NCBI GenBank assembly: GCA_963708135.1
Contig: OY970192.1
Span: 4,192,001 to 4,256,000, forward strand
Direction of reading: 5' to 3'
Length of the DNA stretch: 64,000 nucleotides
Source: an uncultured Gemmatimonadales bacterium
Lineage (GTDB): Bacteria; Gemmatimonadota; Gemmatimonadetes; Longimicrobiales; RSA9
Shown: in pieces, positions 49,937-58,718 of the stretch
Layout: each line of letters starts with the position of its first letter
Numbering within the stretch: position 1 is the first letter of the stretch
The notes under the pieces: model-generated
Seen by the model: the letters and a program-made list of their open reading frames with translations, nothing else
What the model was told of the DNA's origin: nothing
The model's database searches: none
Position numbers and translations under genes: made by a program

Positions 49937-51058
49937 CTAGCGTGCGAGGGTGGCGCGGCGCACGGTCAGGTCCTCGATCCGGTCGAGGTCCACCTCCACC
50001 CCGAGGCCAGGCCGGTCCAGGGGCACGGCCACCATCCCGTCGGCGTCCATGGTCCATTCCGGCTTCACGATGTCGCGCGCCCAGTAGCGTGCGCTCGGCG
50101 AGAGGTCGCCCGGGATCCGGAAGTTCGGCAGCGAGGCGAGAGCCACGTTGTGCGCCCGTCCGATCCCGCTCTCCAGCATCCCGCCGCACCATACCGGGAT
50201 GTCGTTCTTCGCGCACAGGTCGTGGATCGCGATCGAGACCGCGAAGCCGCCCACCCGGCCCGGCTTGATGTTGATGATGCGGCCGCTGCCGAGCGTGATC
50301 ATGTCCTCCGCCCGGTTGAGCGAGGTGATCGACTCATCGAGGCAGATCGGCGTCCGCAGGCGTCGCTGCAGCGCCGCGTGGCGCACCAGGTCCTCGCGCT
50401 CGAGCGGCTGCTCGATCATGACCAGCTCGAAGGCGTCGAGCTCCGCCAGGTGATCCGCATCCTCGAGGGTGTAGGCGTTGTTGGCGTCTGCCATGAGCGG
50501 CGCGTCGGGAAGCGCCCGCCGCACCGCCCCTACGTACTCCACGTCGTGGCCCGGCTCGATCTTCAGCTTGATCTTGTGGTAGCCCTCCTGGTAGGCGCTC
50601 CGCGCGCGCAGCACGAGGTCCTGCGGCGTCGCCTGGATCCCCAGCGAGATCCCCACCTCGATGCGCGGCCGCGTCCCCCCGAGCCGCCTCGCCAGCGGCA
50701 CCCCCTCCAGCTCCGCCGCGAGCGCCCATACTCCCATCTCGATCGCGGCCTTCGCCATCCGATGGCCGCGGATGCCGTCGTCCAGCATCCCGATCGCATC
50801 CTCCGGGCTCGAGAGCTCGCGCCCCAGGATGCGCGGAGCCAGCCACTTCTCGAGCGCCAGCCACGCGGTGTCGATCGTCTCCGGGCTGTAGTTCGGCTGC
50901 TCGTCCGCCACGCACTCCGACCACGACGTCGCCCCGTCGGGGTGATGCAGCTCCAGCAGACAGATCCGCCGCTCCGACATCACTCCCGACGAGATGCGGA
51001 ACGGCTCCTTGAGCGGAAGATGGATCTCCCGCAGATCGATCGCGTCCACGCGCAGCAT
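49937..51058 (-). CDS. menC: o-succinylbenzoate synthase / N-acyl(succinyl)amino acid racemase (enolase superfamily)
   Basis: KIKLKI, ADAN, IEQP, LDES, NIKPGRVGG, WCGGMLE, GDLSPSARYW; no other men genes nearby, so the racemase role is likelier. Confidence 0.85.
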   Translation of the reverse strand: MLRVDAIDLREIHLPLKEPFRISSGVMSERRICLLELHHPDGATSWSECVADEQPNYSPETIDTAWLALEKWLAPRILGRELSSPEDAIGMLDDGIRGHRMAKAAIEMGVWALAAELEGVPLARRLGGTRPRIEVGISLGIQATPQDLVLRARSAYQEGYHKIKLKIEPGHDVEYVGAVRRALPDAPLMADANNAYTLEDADHLAELDAFELVMIEQPLEREDLVRHAALQRRLRTPICLDESITSLNRAEDMITLGSGRIINIKPGRVGGFAVSIAIHDLCAKNDIPVWCGGMLESGIGRAHNVALASLPNFRIPGDLSPSARYWARDIVKPEWTMDADGMVAVPLDRPGLGVEVDLDRIEDLTVRRATLAR

Positions 51059-51930
51059 CAGGTCTTCGCCCCCCTCTCGGGTCCGGTCAGGACGTAGAAG
51101 CACCGCCCACTCGCCGGATCCCGGTAGAACCCCCGCACCCGGCACCCCGCGCCGAGCGCCCACGCCAGCGCCTCGCGCGTCGGAAGCCGCCAGCGCATCG
51201 CACCCGCACGCCCCGACTCCGCCACCACGGCATCAATGTCCTCCGGGATCTCCAGCCGGACCTCCCGCCCGTACGGCCGCAGCAGCGCGTTCCGCTCCGC
51301 GACCGACAGGCCGTTCAGCACCGGCGCTTCCCCGTGCGCCTGCGCCTGCGCATCCGGCCGCGGCGGCGAGGCCGGCTTCTGCGTGCCGACCTCCCATGAC
51401 ACGATGAAGCGGTCCGTGCCGAAGCCGTGCAGCTCGCTGCCGGTGTCCCCGTACATGTCCTCCACGTGGTCCGTCACCACCGCGCCGAGGAGGTTCAGGT
51501 TCAGGTGCGCGTTGCGCGCCACCAGCGGGTCGAACGTCCAGTATATCCGGCGGATCCCGCGCTCCGCGAGCACCTGCCACTGCAGCCGCTTCAGCCGCCG
51601 CCCGATCCCGTGGTCCCGCAGCTCCCGCCGCACCGCTAGCATGTGCGACCAGTGCACCAGCTCACCATCCTCGATCCCCGTCATCCCGAAGACGAAGCCC
51701 ACCAGCCGGCCCGTGCCATCGAACGCACCCGCCGTGACACCGCCGATCCGATTGGTGATCTTCAGGATCGTGGCGGGTATTACCTCGTTGAAGCCTTCGC
51801 CCCACGTGTCGCGCTGCAGCTCCAGGCACGCGTGGTATTCCTCCCGCGTGTGGAGCAGCCGGATCTCCATCGCGCGCAGCGCCGGATCCGGCGAGGCAGT
51901 CAGATGTGGAGAAGACTCGTAGGTAGCCAT
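51058..51930 (-). CDS. GNAT acyltransferase of the NSAR-associated type (putative D-amino acid N-succinyltransferase)
   Basis: HWSHMLAV, WTFDPLVARNAHLN, DMYG, TDRF; stop overlaps racemase start. Confidence 0.8.
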   Translation of the reverse strand: MATYESSPHLTASPDPALRAMEIRLLHTREEYHACLELQRDTWGEGFNEVIPATILKITNRIGGVTAGAFDGTGRLVGFVFGMTGIEDGELVHWSHMLAVRRELRDHGIGRRLKRLQWQVLAERGIRRIYWTFDPLVARNAHLNLNLLGAVVTDHVEDMYGDTGSELHGFGTDRFIVSWEVGTQKPASPPRPDAQAQAHGEAPVLNGLSVAERNALLRPYGREVRLEIPEDIDAVVAESGRAGAMRWRLPTREALAWALGAGCRVRGFYRDPASGRCFYVLTGPERGAKT

Positions 51931-52006
51931 GCAGCGGTCGTTTGGGTGGGCGGCTCTGGCAGCGCGTGCAGGCGCTTGGCAGCGCGCACTGGCGGTGCCG
52001 GCCAGG

Positions 52007-52050
52007 TGTGTACATGCTAACACGCGTCATGGTATCCGGCAAGGTATACA
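52007..52050 (-). promoter_or_regulatory. Sigma70-like promoter with GntR-like boxes
   Basis: Minus TTGCCG-17bp-TAGCAT; boxes TGTGTACA (52007), GGTATCCG (52031), GGTATACA (52043). Confidence 0.65.
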
Positions 52051-52110
52051 GAGGGCGAACGTGGGCGCGCGCCGCGCGAGGCGCCCAACGTTTCCGGGGA
52101 GGGGCCTGTA

Positions 52111-52668
52111 ATGGAAGGTAGCGTGGATGAGGCGCGGCTGGTCGAGCGGGTGCGCCGGGGAGATGCGGAGGCGTACGGCGAGCTGGTGGAGCGGCACGCG
52201 CGGCGGGCCTTCTCCATCGCCTATCGGCTGCTGGCGCACCGGGAGGACGCGGAGGACCTCGTGCAGGACGCGTTCATCGCTGCGCTGGAGGGGATCGACG
52301 GGTTCGACAGCGGGCGTCCGTTCGGGCCGTGGCTGTACCGGATCGTGACGAACCGGGGGCTGAACGCCCGGAAGGCGCGGGCGCTGCGGACGACGGAGGA
52401 GGTGCCGGTGGATGCGGCGAGCTCGCTGCCGCCGCCGGATCGGTCGGTGGAGCGGGCGGAGGCGCGGGCTCGGCTCGGCGCGGCGCTGTCGGCGCTGCCG
52501 GAGCGGCAGCGGGTGGTGGTGCAGCTGTACGAGCTGGACGGGTTCTCGGGGCCGGAGATCGCGGAGCTGCTGGGGCTATCGGAGGGAACGGTGCGCTGGC
52601 ACCTGCACGAGGCGCGGAAGGCGCTGCGGGCGGAGCTGGAGCCGGAGACAGGAGGGGCGACGGAATGA
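52111..52668 (+). CDS. ECF sigma factor
   Basis: DAEDLVQDAF, PWLYRIVTN, IAELLGLSEGTVRWHL. Confidence 0.92.
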   Translation: MEGSVDEARLVERVRRGDAEAYGELVERHARRAFSIAYRLLAHREDAEDLVQDAFIAALEGIDGFDSGRPFGPWLYRIVTNRGLNARKARALRTTEEVPVDAASSLPPPDRSVERAEARARLGAALSALPERQRVVVQLYELDGFSGPEIAELLGLSEGTVRWHLHEARKALRAELEPETGGATE

Positions 52669-53207
52669 TGGATCGAGCGAACGGCGGCGCGCCGGTTCCG
52701 CGGCGGGATGGCGCGGAGCGGGCGCTGCCCGGCGGCGGCTGGCCGGAGCCGGATGAGGCGCTCGGCTCGGCGCTCCGGGAAGTGGTGCCGGAGGCACCGG
52801 TGGAGCGCGTGGACTGGCGGGCGTTCCGGGCGGCGGTCCTGGCGCGTGCGGAGCTGCCGCTGGCGCGGCTGCGTCGGCGGCAGCGGCAGCGGTGGTGGGA
52901 AGTGACGGCGGGGTGGGCGCGGGCGGCGGTGCCGGCGGCGGCGGCGGCGGGGGTGGTGCTGGCGCTGGCGCTGGGAGCGTTCGACCGGCTGGGCGCTGGC
53001 GGCAAGGTGGCGGAGCGGGGCGGGGAGGCGGAGATGACGCAGGTGGCATCGGCGCGGGGTGGGCGGGCGCGGCTGGTGACGGCCTCGTCGCGGATCCCGC
53101 TGGAGCAGGCGTTGTCGGCGGGGACGCCGCAGGATGCGATCACGAACGTGCTGTTCGAGACGGCGGGTCCGGATGCACTGATCCGGGCGGCCGTGGAGTC
53201 GAGATGA
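52665..53207 (+). CDS. Putative anti-sigma membrane protein
   Basis: Coupled to sigma gene; single TM helix. Confidence 0.55.
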   Translation: MMDRANGGAPVPRRDGAERALPGGGWPEPDEALGSALREVVPEAPVERVDWRAFRAAVLARAELPLARLRRRQRQRWWEVTAGWARAAVPAAAAAGVVLALALGAFDRLGAGGKVAERGGEAEMTQVASARGGRARLVTASSRIPLEQALSAGTPQDAITNVLFETAGPDALIRAAVESR

Positions 53208-53686
53208 TGGAATCGAGCGAGAAGGGGAGCGGTCTGGGTCCGCGCTTTACGGCGGCGCTGCTGCTGGGGCTGGTTCTGGTGGTGGGGGCGCTGGGCGGCG
53301 TTGTGGTCGACCGGCTGGTGCTGAGGCCGCCGGTGGCGCGGGCGGCGGAGGCGGCGGCGGACACGTCGCGGTCGGCGATGACGGAGCGCGGCCGGGGCAG
53401 GGAGCGGGGCCGGGAGCGCTACGTCCAGCAGCTCACGCGCGAGCTGGAGCTGACGCCGGCGCAGCGGGCGCGAGTGGATTCGATCACGGTGGTGCGGGAG
53501 GCGCGCATGCAGGCGCTGATCCAGGAGGTGCACCCGCGCTTCCACGCGCTGATCGAGCAGACGCGGGCGGAGATCGACAGCGTGCTCACGCCGGCGCAGC
53601 GCGAGAAGCTGGAGGCGCTGCGGGAGGCGCACGAGAGAAAACAGCGGGCCGAGCGCGGGGATAGCGCGCGCGACACGGCTCGATAG
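53204..53686 (+). CDS. Membrane-anchored Spy/CpxP-like periplasmic protein
   Basis: N-terminal TM; ELELTPAQR and VLTPAQR (LTxxQ x2). Confidence 0.7.
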   Translation: MMESSEKGSGLGPRFTAALLLGLVLVVGALGGVVVDRLVLRPPVARAAEAAADTSRSAMTERGRGRERGRERYVQQLTRELELTPAQRARVDSITVVREARMQALIQEVHPRFHALIEQTRAEIDSVLTPAQREKLEALREAHERKQRAERGDSARDTAR

Positions 53687-53704
53687 CACGGGAGACGTGA
53701 CGGG

Positions 53705-55096
53705 ATGACGAAGCAGAGGACTTTCTGGCCGGGGGCGGCGCTGGCCCTGGTGGCCGTGGTCGGTGCGGCGGCGCCGGGGAGGGCGCAGCAGCCCTCGAAG
53801 CCGAAGGTGGCCGCGGACACGGCGCTGCCGACGGCGGCGGCGGACACGGCGCTACCGCCGAGCGTGGGCGCTGAGGACCGGCGGACGGTGACGCTGGAGG
53901 AGGCGGTGCGGCTTGCGATGCAGGCGAGCCCGGCGATCACGCAGAGCGAGGGGCAGATGCGACAGGCGTCGGCGGCGGAGCGGACGGCGTACGGCAACTT
54001 CCTGCCGAGCCTGAGCCTTTCGACGACGGCGGCGGTGAACAGCACGCAGCGCTACAACCCGACGACGAACACGTCGGTGAGCGGCTCGTCCGACTCCTAC
54101 ACGACCGGCTTCTCGGGGTCGTGGGACATCTTCACGGGGCGCCGCTTCGCGCAGCTGAAGCAGGCGAAGGCGGGCGAGCAGTCGGCGCAGGCCGGGCTCG
54201 TGACACAGCAGTTCGCGGTCGCGCTCTCGGCCAAGACGACCTTCTTCAACGTGCTGCGCGCGGACGAGCTGATCCGCGTGGCGCAGAGCCAGCTGGCCAC
54301 CGCCCAGGAGGGGCTGGACGCGGCGAACCAGCGCCTCAAGGTCGGCTCGGCCACGCGCTCCGACGTGCTGCGCGCGCGGCTCTCCGTCACGCAGGCCAAG
54401 CAGGCGCTGGCGCAGGCGGAGAACCAGCGGCGCACGGGAGCGTACGCGCTGGGCCGGACGGTGGGCGTGGACGGCGCCGTGGGCGCGCGTCTGGAGACCC
54501 CCCTCGAGCCGACGCCGCTGGCCTACACGCCGGAACAGCTCGCGCAGATGATCGAGGCGGAGGCGCCCTCGGTGCGGGCCGCCGCGGCGGCCGCCCGCGC
54601 CAGCGGCGCGGGCGTCACCGTGGCGCGCGCCCAGTACATCCCGTCGCTACGGCTGTCAACCGGCTACGACTGGTACAACGACACTCCGGCGTTCTCGAGC
54701 GCGCAGGCGAGCTGGAACGTCCGGTTCGGCCTCTCCTACCCCCTGTTCAACGGCTTCCAGCGGGAGCAGACGGTGGAGCAGGCGAACGTGGCGGCGGATG
54801 TGGCGAACGCGCAGCTGGCGGACGCGCGGCGGGCGGCGCACTCGGAGCTGGAGAGCGCGCTCGGCGCGCTGCGCCTGGCGGAGCAGCAGCTGGAGCTGAA
54901 CCAGGAGGCGGTGCAGGTCGCCGCGGAGGATCTGCGCGTGCAGCAGGAGCGATACCGGCTGGGCGCCTCCACGATCCTGGACCAGATCACGTCGCAGTCG
55001 GCGCTGGTCCAGGCGCAGACGAACCTCGTGAACGCCCGCTACGACTACCAGATCGCGCGCGCGCAGCTCGACGCGCTGGTCGGGAAGGATCTGTAA
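53705..55096 (+). CDS. TolC family outer-membrane protein
   Basis: [27 protein letters not shown]. Confidence 0.9.
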   Translation: MTKQRTFWPGAALALVAVVGAAAPGRAQQPSKPKVAADTALPTAAADTALPPSVGAEDRRTVTLEEAVRLAMQASPAITQSEGQMRQASAAERTAYGNFLPSLSLSTTAAVNSTQRYNPTTNTSVSGSSDSYTTGFSGSWDIFTGRRFAQLKQAKAGEQSAQAGLVTQQFAVALSAKTTFFNVLRADELIRVAQSQLATAQEGLDAANQRLKVGSATRSDVLRARLSVTQAKQALAQAENQRRTGAYALGRTVGVDGAVGARLETPLEPTPLAYTPEQLAQMIEAEAPSVRAAAAAARASGAGVTVARAQYIPSLRLSTGYDWYNDTPAFSSAQASWNVRFGLSYPLFNGFQREQTVEQANVAADVANAQLADARRAAHSELESALGALRLAEQQLELNQEAVQVAAEDLRVQQERYRLGASTILDQITSQSALVQAQTNLVNARYDYQIARAQLDALVGKDL

Positions 55097-55854
55097 TGGC
55101 CACCGCCGAGCGCACGGTCCAGGACGTCATCATCAAGACCGAGGGGCTGGAGAAGAAGTACCTGCTCGGCTCCGAGACCGTCCATGCGCTGCGGGGCGTG
55201 GACCTGGTGGTGGCCCGCAACGAGTACGTGGCGATCATGGGCCCGTCGGGCTCGGGCAAGTCGACGCTCATGAACCTGATCGGCTGCCTGGACACGCCGA
55301 CCGCGGGCGAGTACTGGCTGAACGGGCAGCCCGTGGCGCGGCTCAGCGACGACGAGCTGGCGCGCGTGCGCAACCGCGAGATCGGCTTCGTGTTCCAGAC
55401 CTTCAACCTGCTGCCGCGGGCCACGGCGCTGCACAACGTGGAGCTGCCGCTGATCTACGCGGGAGTGAGCGCGAAGGAGCGCCGGGCGCGCGCGGAGCAG
55501 ATGCTGGAGAAGGTGGGGCTCGGCGACCGCATGACGCACCGGCCCACGGAGCTTTCGGGCGGGCAGCGCCAGCGGGTGGCGGTGGCGCGCGCGCTGATCG
55601 CCGGGCCCGCGATCCTGCTGGCGGACGAGCCGACGGGGAACCTGGACAGTCAGACGAGCGAGGAGATCATGGCGCTGTTCTCCGAGCTGCACGACGGCGG
55701 CCAGACGATCGTGCTGGTCACCCACGAGCACGACATCGCCGCGCACGCGCAGCGCCAGATCCATCTGCGTGACGGCGTGATCGAGCGCGATGAGCGTACC
55801 GAGGTATGGAACCGGGCGGGGACAGCCCCGCTGAACCCTGGAGGTGTGGCGTGA
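55096..55854 (+). CDS. MacB/LolD-type ABC ATP-binding protein
   Basis: [37 protein letters not shown]. Confidence 0.93.
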   Translation: MATAERTVQDVIIKTEGLEKKYLLGSETVHALRGVDLVVARNEYVAIMGPSGSGKSTLMNLIGCLDTPTAGEYWLNGQPVARLSDDELARVRNREIGFVFQTFNLLPRATALHNVELPLIYAGVSAKERRARAEQMLEKVGLGDRMTHRPTELSGGQRQRVAVARALIAGPAILLADEPTGNLDSQTSEEIMALFSELHDGGQTIVLVTHEHDIAAHAQRQIHLRDGVIERDERTEVWNRAGTAPLNPGGVA

Positions 55855-55862
55855 GGGCAGGC

Positions 55863-57350
55863 ATGAAGCGGTGGTTGGCCGGCGCGGTCATGGCGCTCGT
55901 CGGGGTGGCGCTGGCCGCGTGTGGGGCGGCGTCGCCGAAGGCGGATCCGCAGGCCGCGGACCAGGTGGCCGAGGTGACCCACCGCCCGCTGGACGTGAAG
56001 GCGGAGGCCTCGGGAACGGTGCAGCCGGTCCTGATCGTGGAGGTCAAGTCCAAGGCATCGGGCGAGATCCTGAAGCTGCACGCGGAGACGGGCGAGGAGG
56101 TCAAGAAGGGGACGCTCCTGGCGGAGATCGATCCGCGCGACGTGAGCAACGCCCTCTCGCAGGCGCAGGCGGACCTCGAGGTCGCCCGCGTCCGGCTGCA
56201 GACCTCGAGCGAGCAGCTCAAGCGCTCCGAGCAGCTGCGCAAGAGCAACGTCATCACGGAGCAGGAGTACGAGACCGCGGCGCTGGACGAGGCGAACGCC
56301 CGCGCGCAGCTCGTGAAGGCGCAGACCAACCTCGAGCTGGCGCAGCAGCGGATGGGCGACGTGACGATCCGGGCGCCGATCGACGGCACGCTGATCGAGA
56401 AGGACGTCGAGGCGGGCCAGATCATCGCCTCGGCGAGCCAGACCGTCTCGGGCGGCACGACGCTGTTCAAGATGGCCGACCTCTCGACCATGCAGGTGCG
56501 GGCGCTCGTGGACGAGACCGACATCGGGCGGGTGCAGCCGCACCAGGTCGCCCGCGTCACGGTGGACGCCTACCCGAACCGCGTCTTCACGGGCGCGGTC
56601 GAGAAGATCGAGCCGCAGGCGGTGGTCGACCAGAACGTGACCATGTTCCCCGTCCTGATCACGCTCGACAACGGCGAGAAGCTGCTCAAGCCGGGCATGA
56701 ACGCGGACGTCGAGGTGCAGGTGGCCCGGCGCGACAACGCGCTCGTGGTGCCGAACGACGCGGTCGTCTCGATGCGCGAGGCGGCCACGGTCGGCACGGC
56801 GCTCGGGCTCTCGGAGGACCAGGTGCAGAAGCAGCTGGCCGGCACCGTGCCGGTCTCCGATCCGCCCGCGCAGGGGGCCAAGGCCGCACCGGGCCAGGCG
56901 CCGCAGGGCGCCGCGGGCCAGCAGCCGGCGGCGCCGGGGCAGGTGGCGGCCGCGGGCGCGCCCGGCCAGGGAGCGTCGGCCGACTGCATGGCGCTGGTGC
57001 AGAAGATCCGGGCCGCCGGCGGCTTCCAGGCGATGTCGTCGCTTAGCGAGCAGGACCGGACGAAGCTGCGCGCCTGCCGGGGCCAGTTCGGTGGCGGGCG
57101 CGGTGGACCGGGTGGCCGCGGTGACGGCACGCGGCCGGCCGTCGTGTTCGTGCAGACGGCGCAGGGGCCGGAGGCGCGGCGCGTGGTCCTTGGCGTGAAC
57201 GACTTCGACTACACGGAGGTGCTGCGCGGGCTGAAGGATGGGGAGAAGGTGATCCTCGCCTCCGTGGCCCGGCTGCAGCAGCAGCAGACGGACATGCAGA
57301 ACCGGATCAGGGAGCGCACGGGTGGCCCGCTGCGCTCGGGAGGTCGTTGA
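55863..57350 (+). CDS. MacA-like periplasmic adaptor (membrane fusion protein)
   Basis: LAAC; VKSKASGEI, IRAPIDG, VDETDIG, LKPGMNA. Confidence 0.9.
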   Translation: MKRWLAGAVMALVGVALAACGAASPKADPQAADQVAEVTHRPLDVKAEASGTVQPVLIVEVKSKASGEILKLHAETGEEVKKGTLLAEIDPRDVSNALSQAQADLEVARVRLQTSSEQLKRSEQLRKSNVITEQEYETAALDEANARAQLVKAQTNLELAQQRMGDVTIRAPIDGTLIEKDVEAGQIIASASQTVSGGTTLFKMADLSTMQVRALVDETDIGRVQPHQVARVTVDAYPNRVFTGAVEKIEPQAVVDQNVTMFPVLITLDNGEKLLKPGMNADVEVQVARRDNALVVPNDAVVSMREAATVGTALGLSEDQVQKQLAGTVPVSDPPAQGAKAAPGQAPQGAAGQQPAAPGQVAAAGAPGQGASADCMALVQKIRAAGGFQAMSSLSEQDRTKLRACRGQFGGGRGGPGGRGDGTRPAVVFVQTAQGPEARRVVLGVNDFDYTEVLRGLKDGEKVILASVARLQQQQTDMQNRIRERTGGPLRSGGR

Positions 57351-57351
57351 C

Positions 57352-58563
57352 ATGCTCTGGGGCGAGATCCTGCGGGTCGCCATCGCGTCGATCCGGGCGA
57401 ACAAGCTGAGGTCGTTCCTGACCATGCTCGGCATCATCATCGGCATTGCCGCGGTGATCGCGATGGTGGCGCTGGGCGAGGGCGCGCAGCGGTCCGTGCA
57501 GGAGCGGCTCTCGCAGCTCGGCACGAACGTGCTGACGGTCCGGCCGGGGCAGGGTTTCATGGGCGGCGTGGACCGCGGGGACGCCAAGCTGACCACGCAG
57601 GATGCGGAGGGGCTGGTCCGCGCGCCTGTGTACGTGCAGCGGGTGGCGCCCGAGATGCAGCGGCGCTACCAGGTCACGTTCGGCAGCGGCAACGCCAACC
57701 TGACGGCGCTCGGCACGTGGCCGGACTACTTCCCGATCAACAACAGCAAGGTGGCGGCGGGCCGGCTGTTCACGATGGGCGAGGAGCGCGGCCGCCGGCG
57801 CGTGGCGGTGGTGGGCGCGAACGTCGGCGATCGGCTGGGCGGGGTGGCCAGCGCATCGCTCATCGGGCAGAGCATCCAGATCCGCGGCATCCCCTTCGAG
57901 GTCGTCGGCGTGCTCGAGTCGAAGGGCGACGAGGGCTGGCGCAGTCCCGATGACATGGTCTACATCCCGCTGTCAACGGCGCAGTTCCGCGTTTTCGGCA
58001 CGGACCGGGTGAACCAGATCGACGCGCAGGCGGTCGATGAGAAGTCGATGGACCTGGCCACGGCGGAGATCGACCGGGTGCTGCGCCGCGAGCACCGGAT
58101 CAAGCCGGGTGAGGCGAGCGACGTCAGCGTTCGCAACCAGACGGCGCTCATGAGCACGTTCCAGGAGACCACGAAGACGTTCTCGATGTTGCTCGCGGGC
58201 ATCGCCTTCGTCTCGCTCGTCGTGGGCGGGATCGGCATCATGAACATCATGCTGGTCTCGGTGACGGAGCGGACGCGCGAGATCGGGGTGCGCAAGGCGC
58301 TGGGCGCGCGCCGCAAGGACATCCTGATGCAGTTCCTCATCGAGGCGCTGGTGCTCTGCCTGGCCGGCGGCGCGCTGGGCCTCGCGCTGGGCGCGGGCGG
58401 CGCGTACCTCATGCACCGCATCGCGCAGTGGAACACGGCGGTGGCGCCGAGCGCGGCGGCCATGGCGCTGGTCTTCTCCTCGGTGGTCGGCCTCTTCTTC
58501 GGGCTGTGGCCGGCGCGGCGCGCCGCGCGGCTGGACCCGATCGTCGCATTGCGGTACGAGTAG
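57352..58563 (+). CDS. MacB-type ABC permease
   Basis: RSFLTMLGIIIG, GIMNIMLVSVTERTREIG, ALRYE. Confidence 0.93.
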   Translation: MLWGEILRVAIASIRANKLRSFLTMLGIIIGIAAVIAMVALGEGAQRSVQERLSQLGTNVLTVRPGQGFMGGVDRGDAKLTTQDAEGLVRAPVYVQRVAPEMQRRYQVTFGSGNANLTALGTWPDYFPINNSKVAAGRLFTMGEERGRRRVAVVGANVGDRLGGVASASLIGQSIQIRGIPFEVVGVLESKGDEGWRSPDDMVYIPLSTAQFRVFGTDRVNQIDAQAVDEKSMDLATAEIDRVLRREHRIKPGEASDVSVRNQTALMSTFQETTKTFSMLLAGIAFVSLVVGGIGIMNIMLVSVTERTREIGVRKALGARRKDILMQFLIEALVLCLAGGALGLALGAGGAYLMHRIAQWNTAVAPSAAAMALVFSSVVGLFFGLWPARRAARLDPIVALRYE

Positions 58564-58718
58564 AACCATCCACGGAGCCAGGTTCCCGTACCCACCGCCA
58601 CGCCGGTCGTGGCGGAGCAGGAGCCGAGAGGGCGTGGTCGCGAGGCGGCCCGCCCTCTCGTGCATCCGGCGGGGCCGCCGCTATGGACGCCCTGCCGTCG
58701 AAGGCGTAGCATCCGGGC

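Noticed and set aside
49937..51058. Menaquinone biosynthesis operon
   Set aside because: No other men genes; GNAT coupling favours a racemase role
53810..53860. Short in-frame duplication AADTALP x2 in TolC (similar YGE duplication at ~312-338)
   Set aside because: Ordinary linker-region duplications
58564..58718. yybP-ykoY Mn riboswitch upstream of mntH
   Set aside because: No recognisable consensus segments
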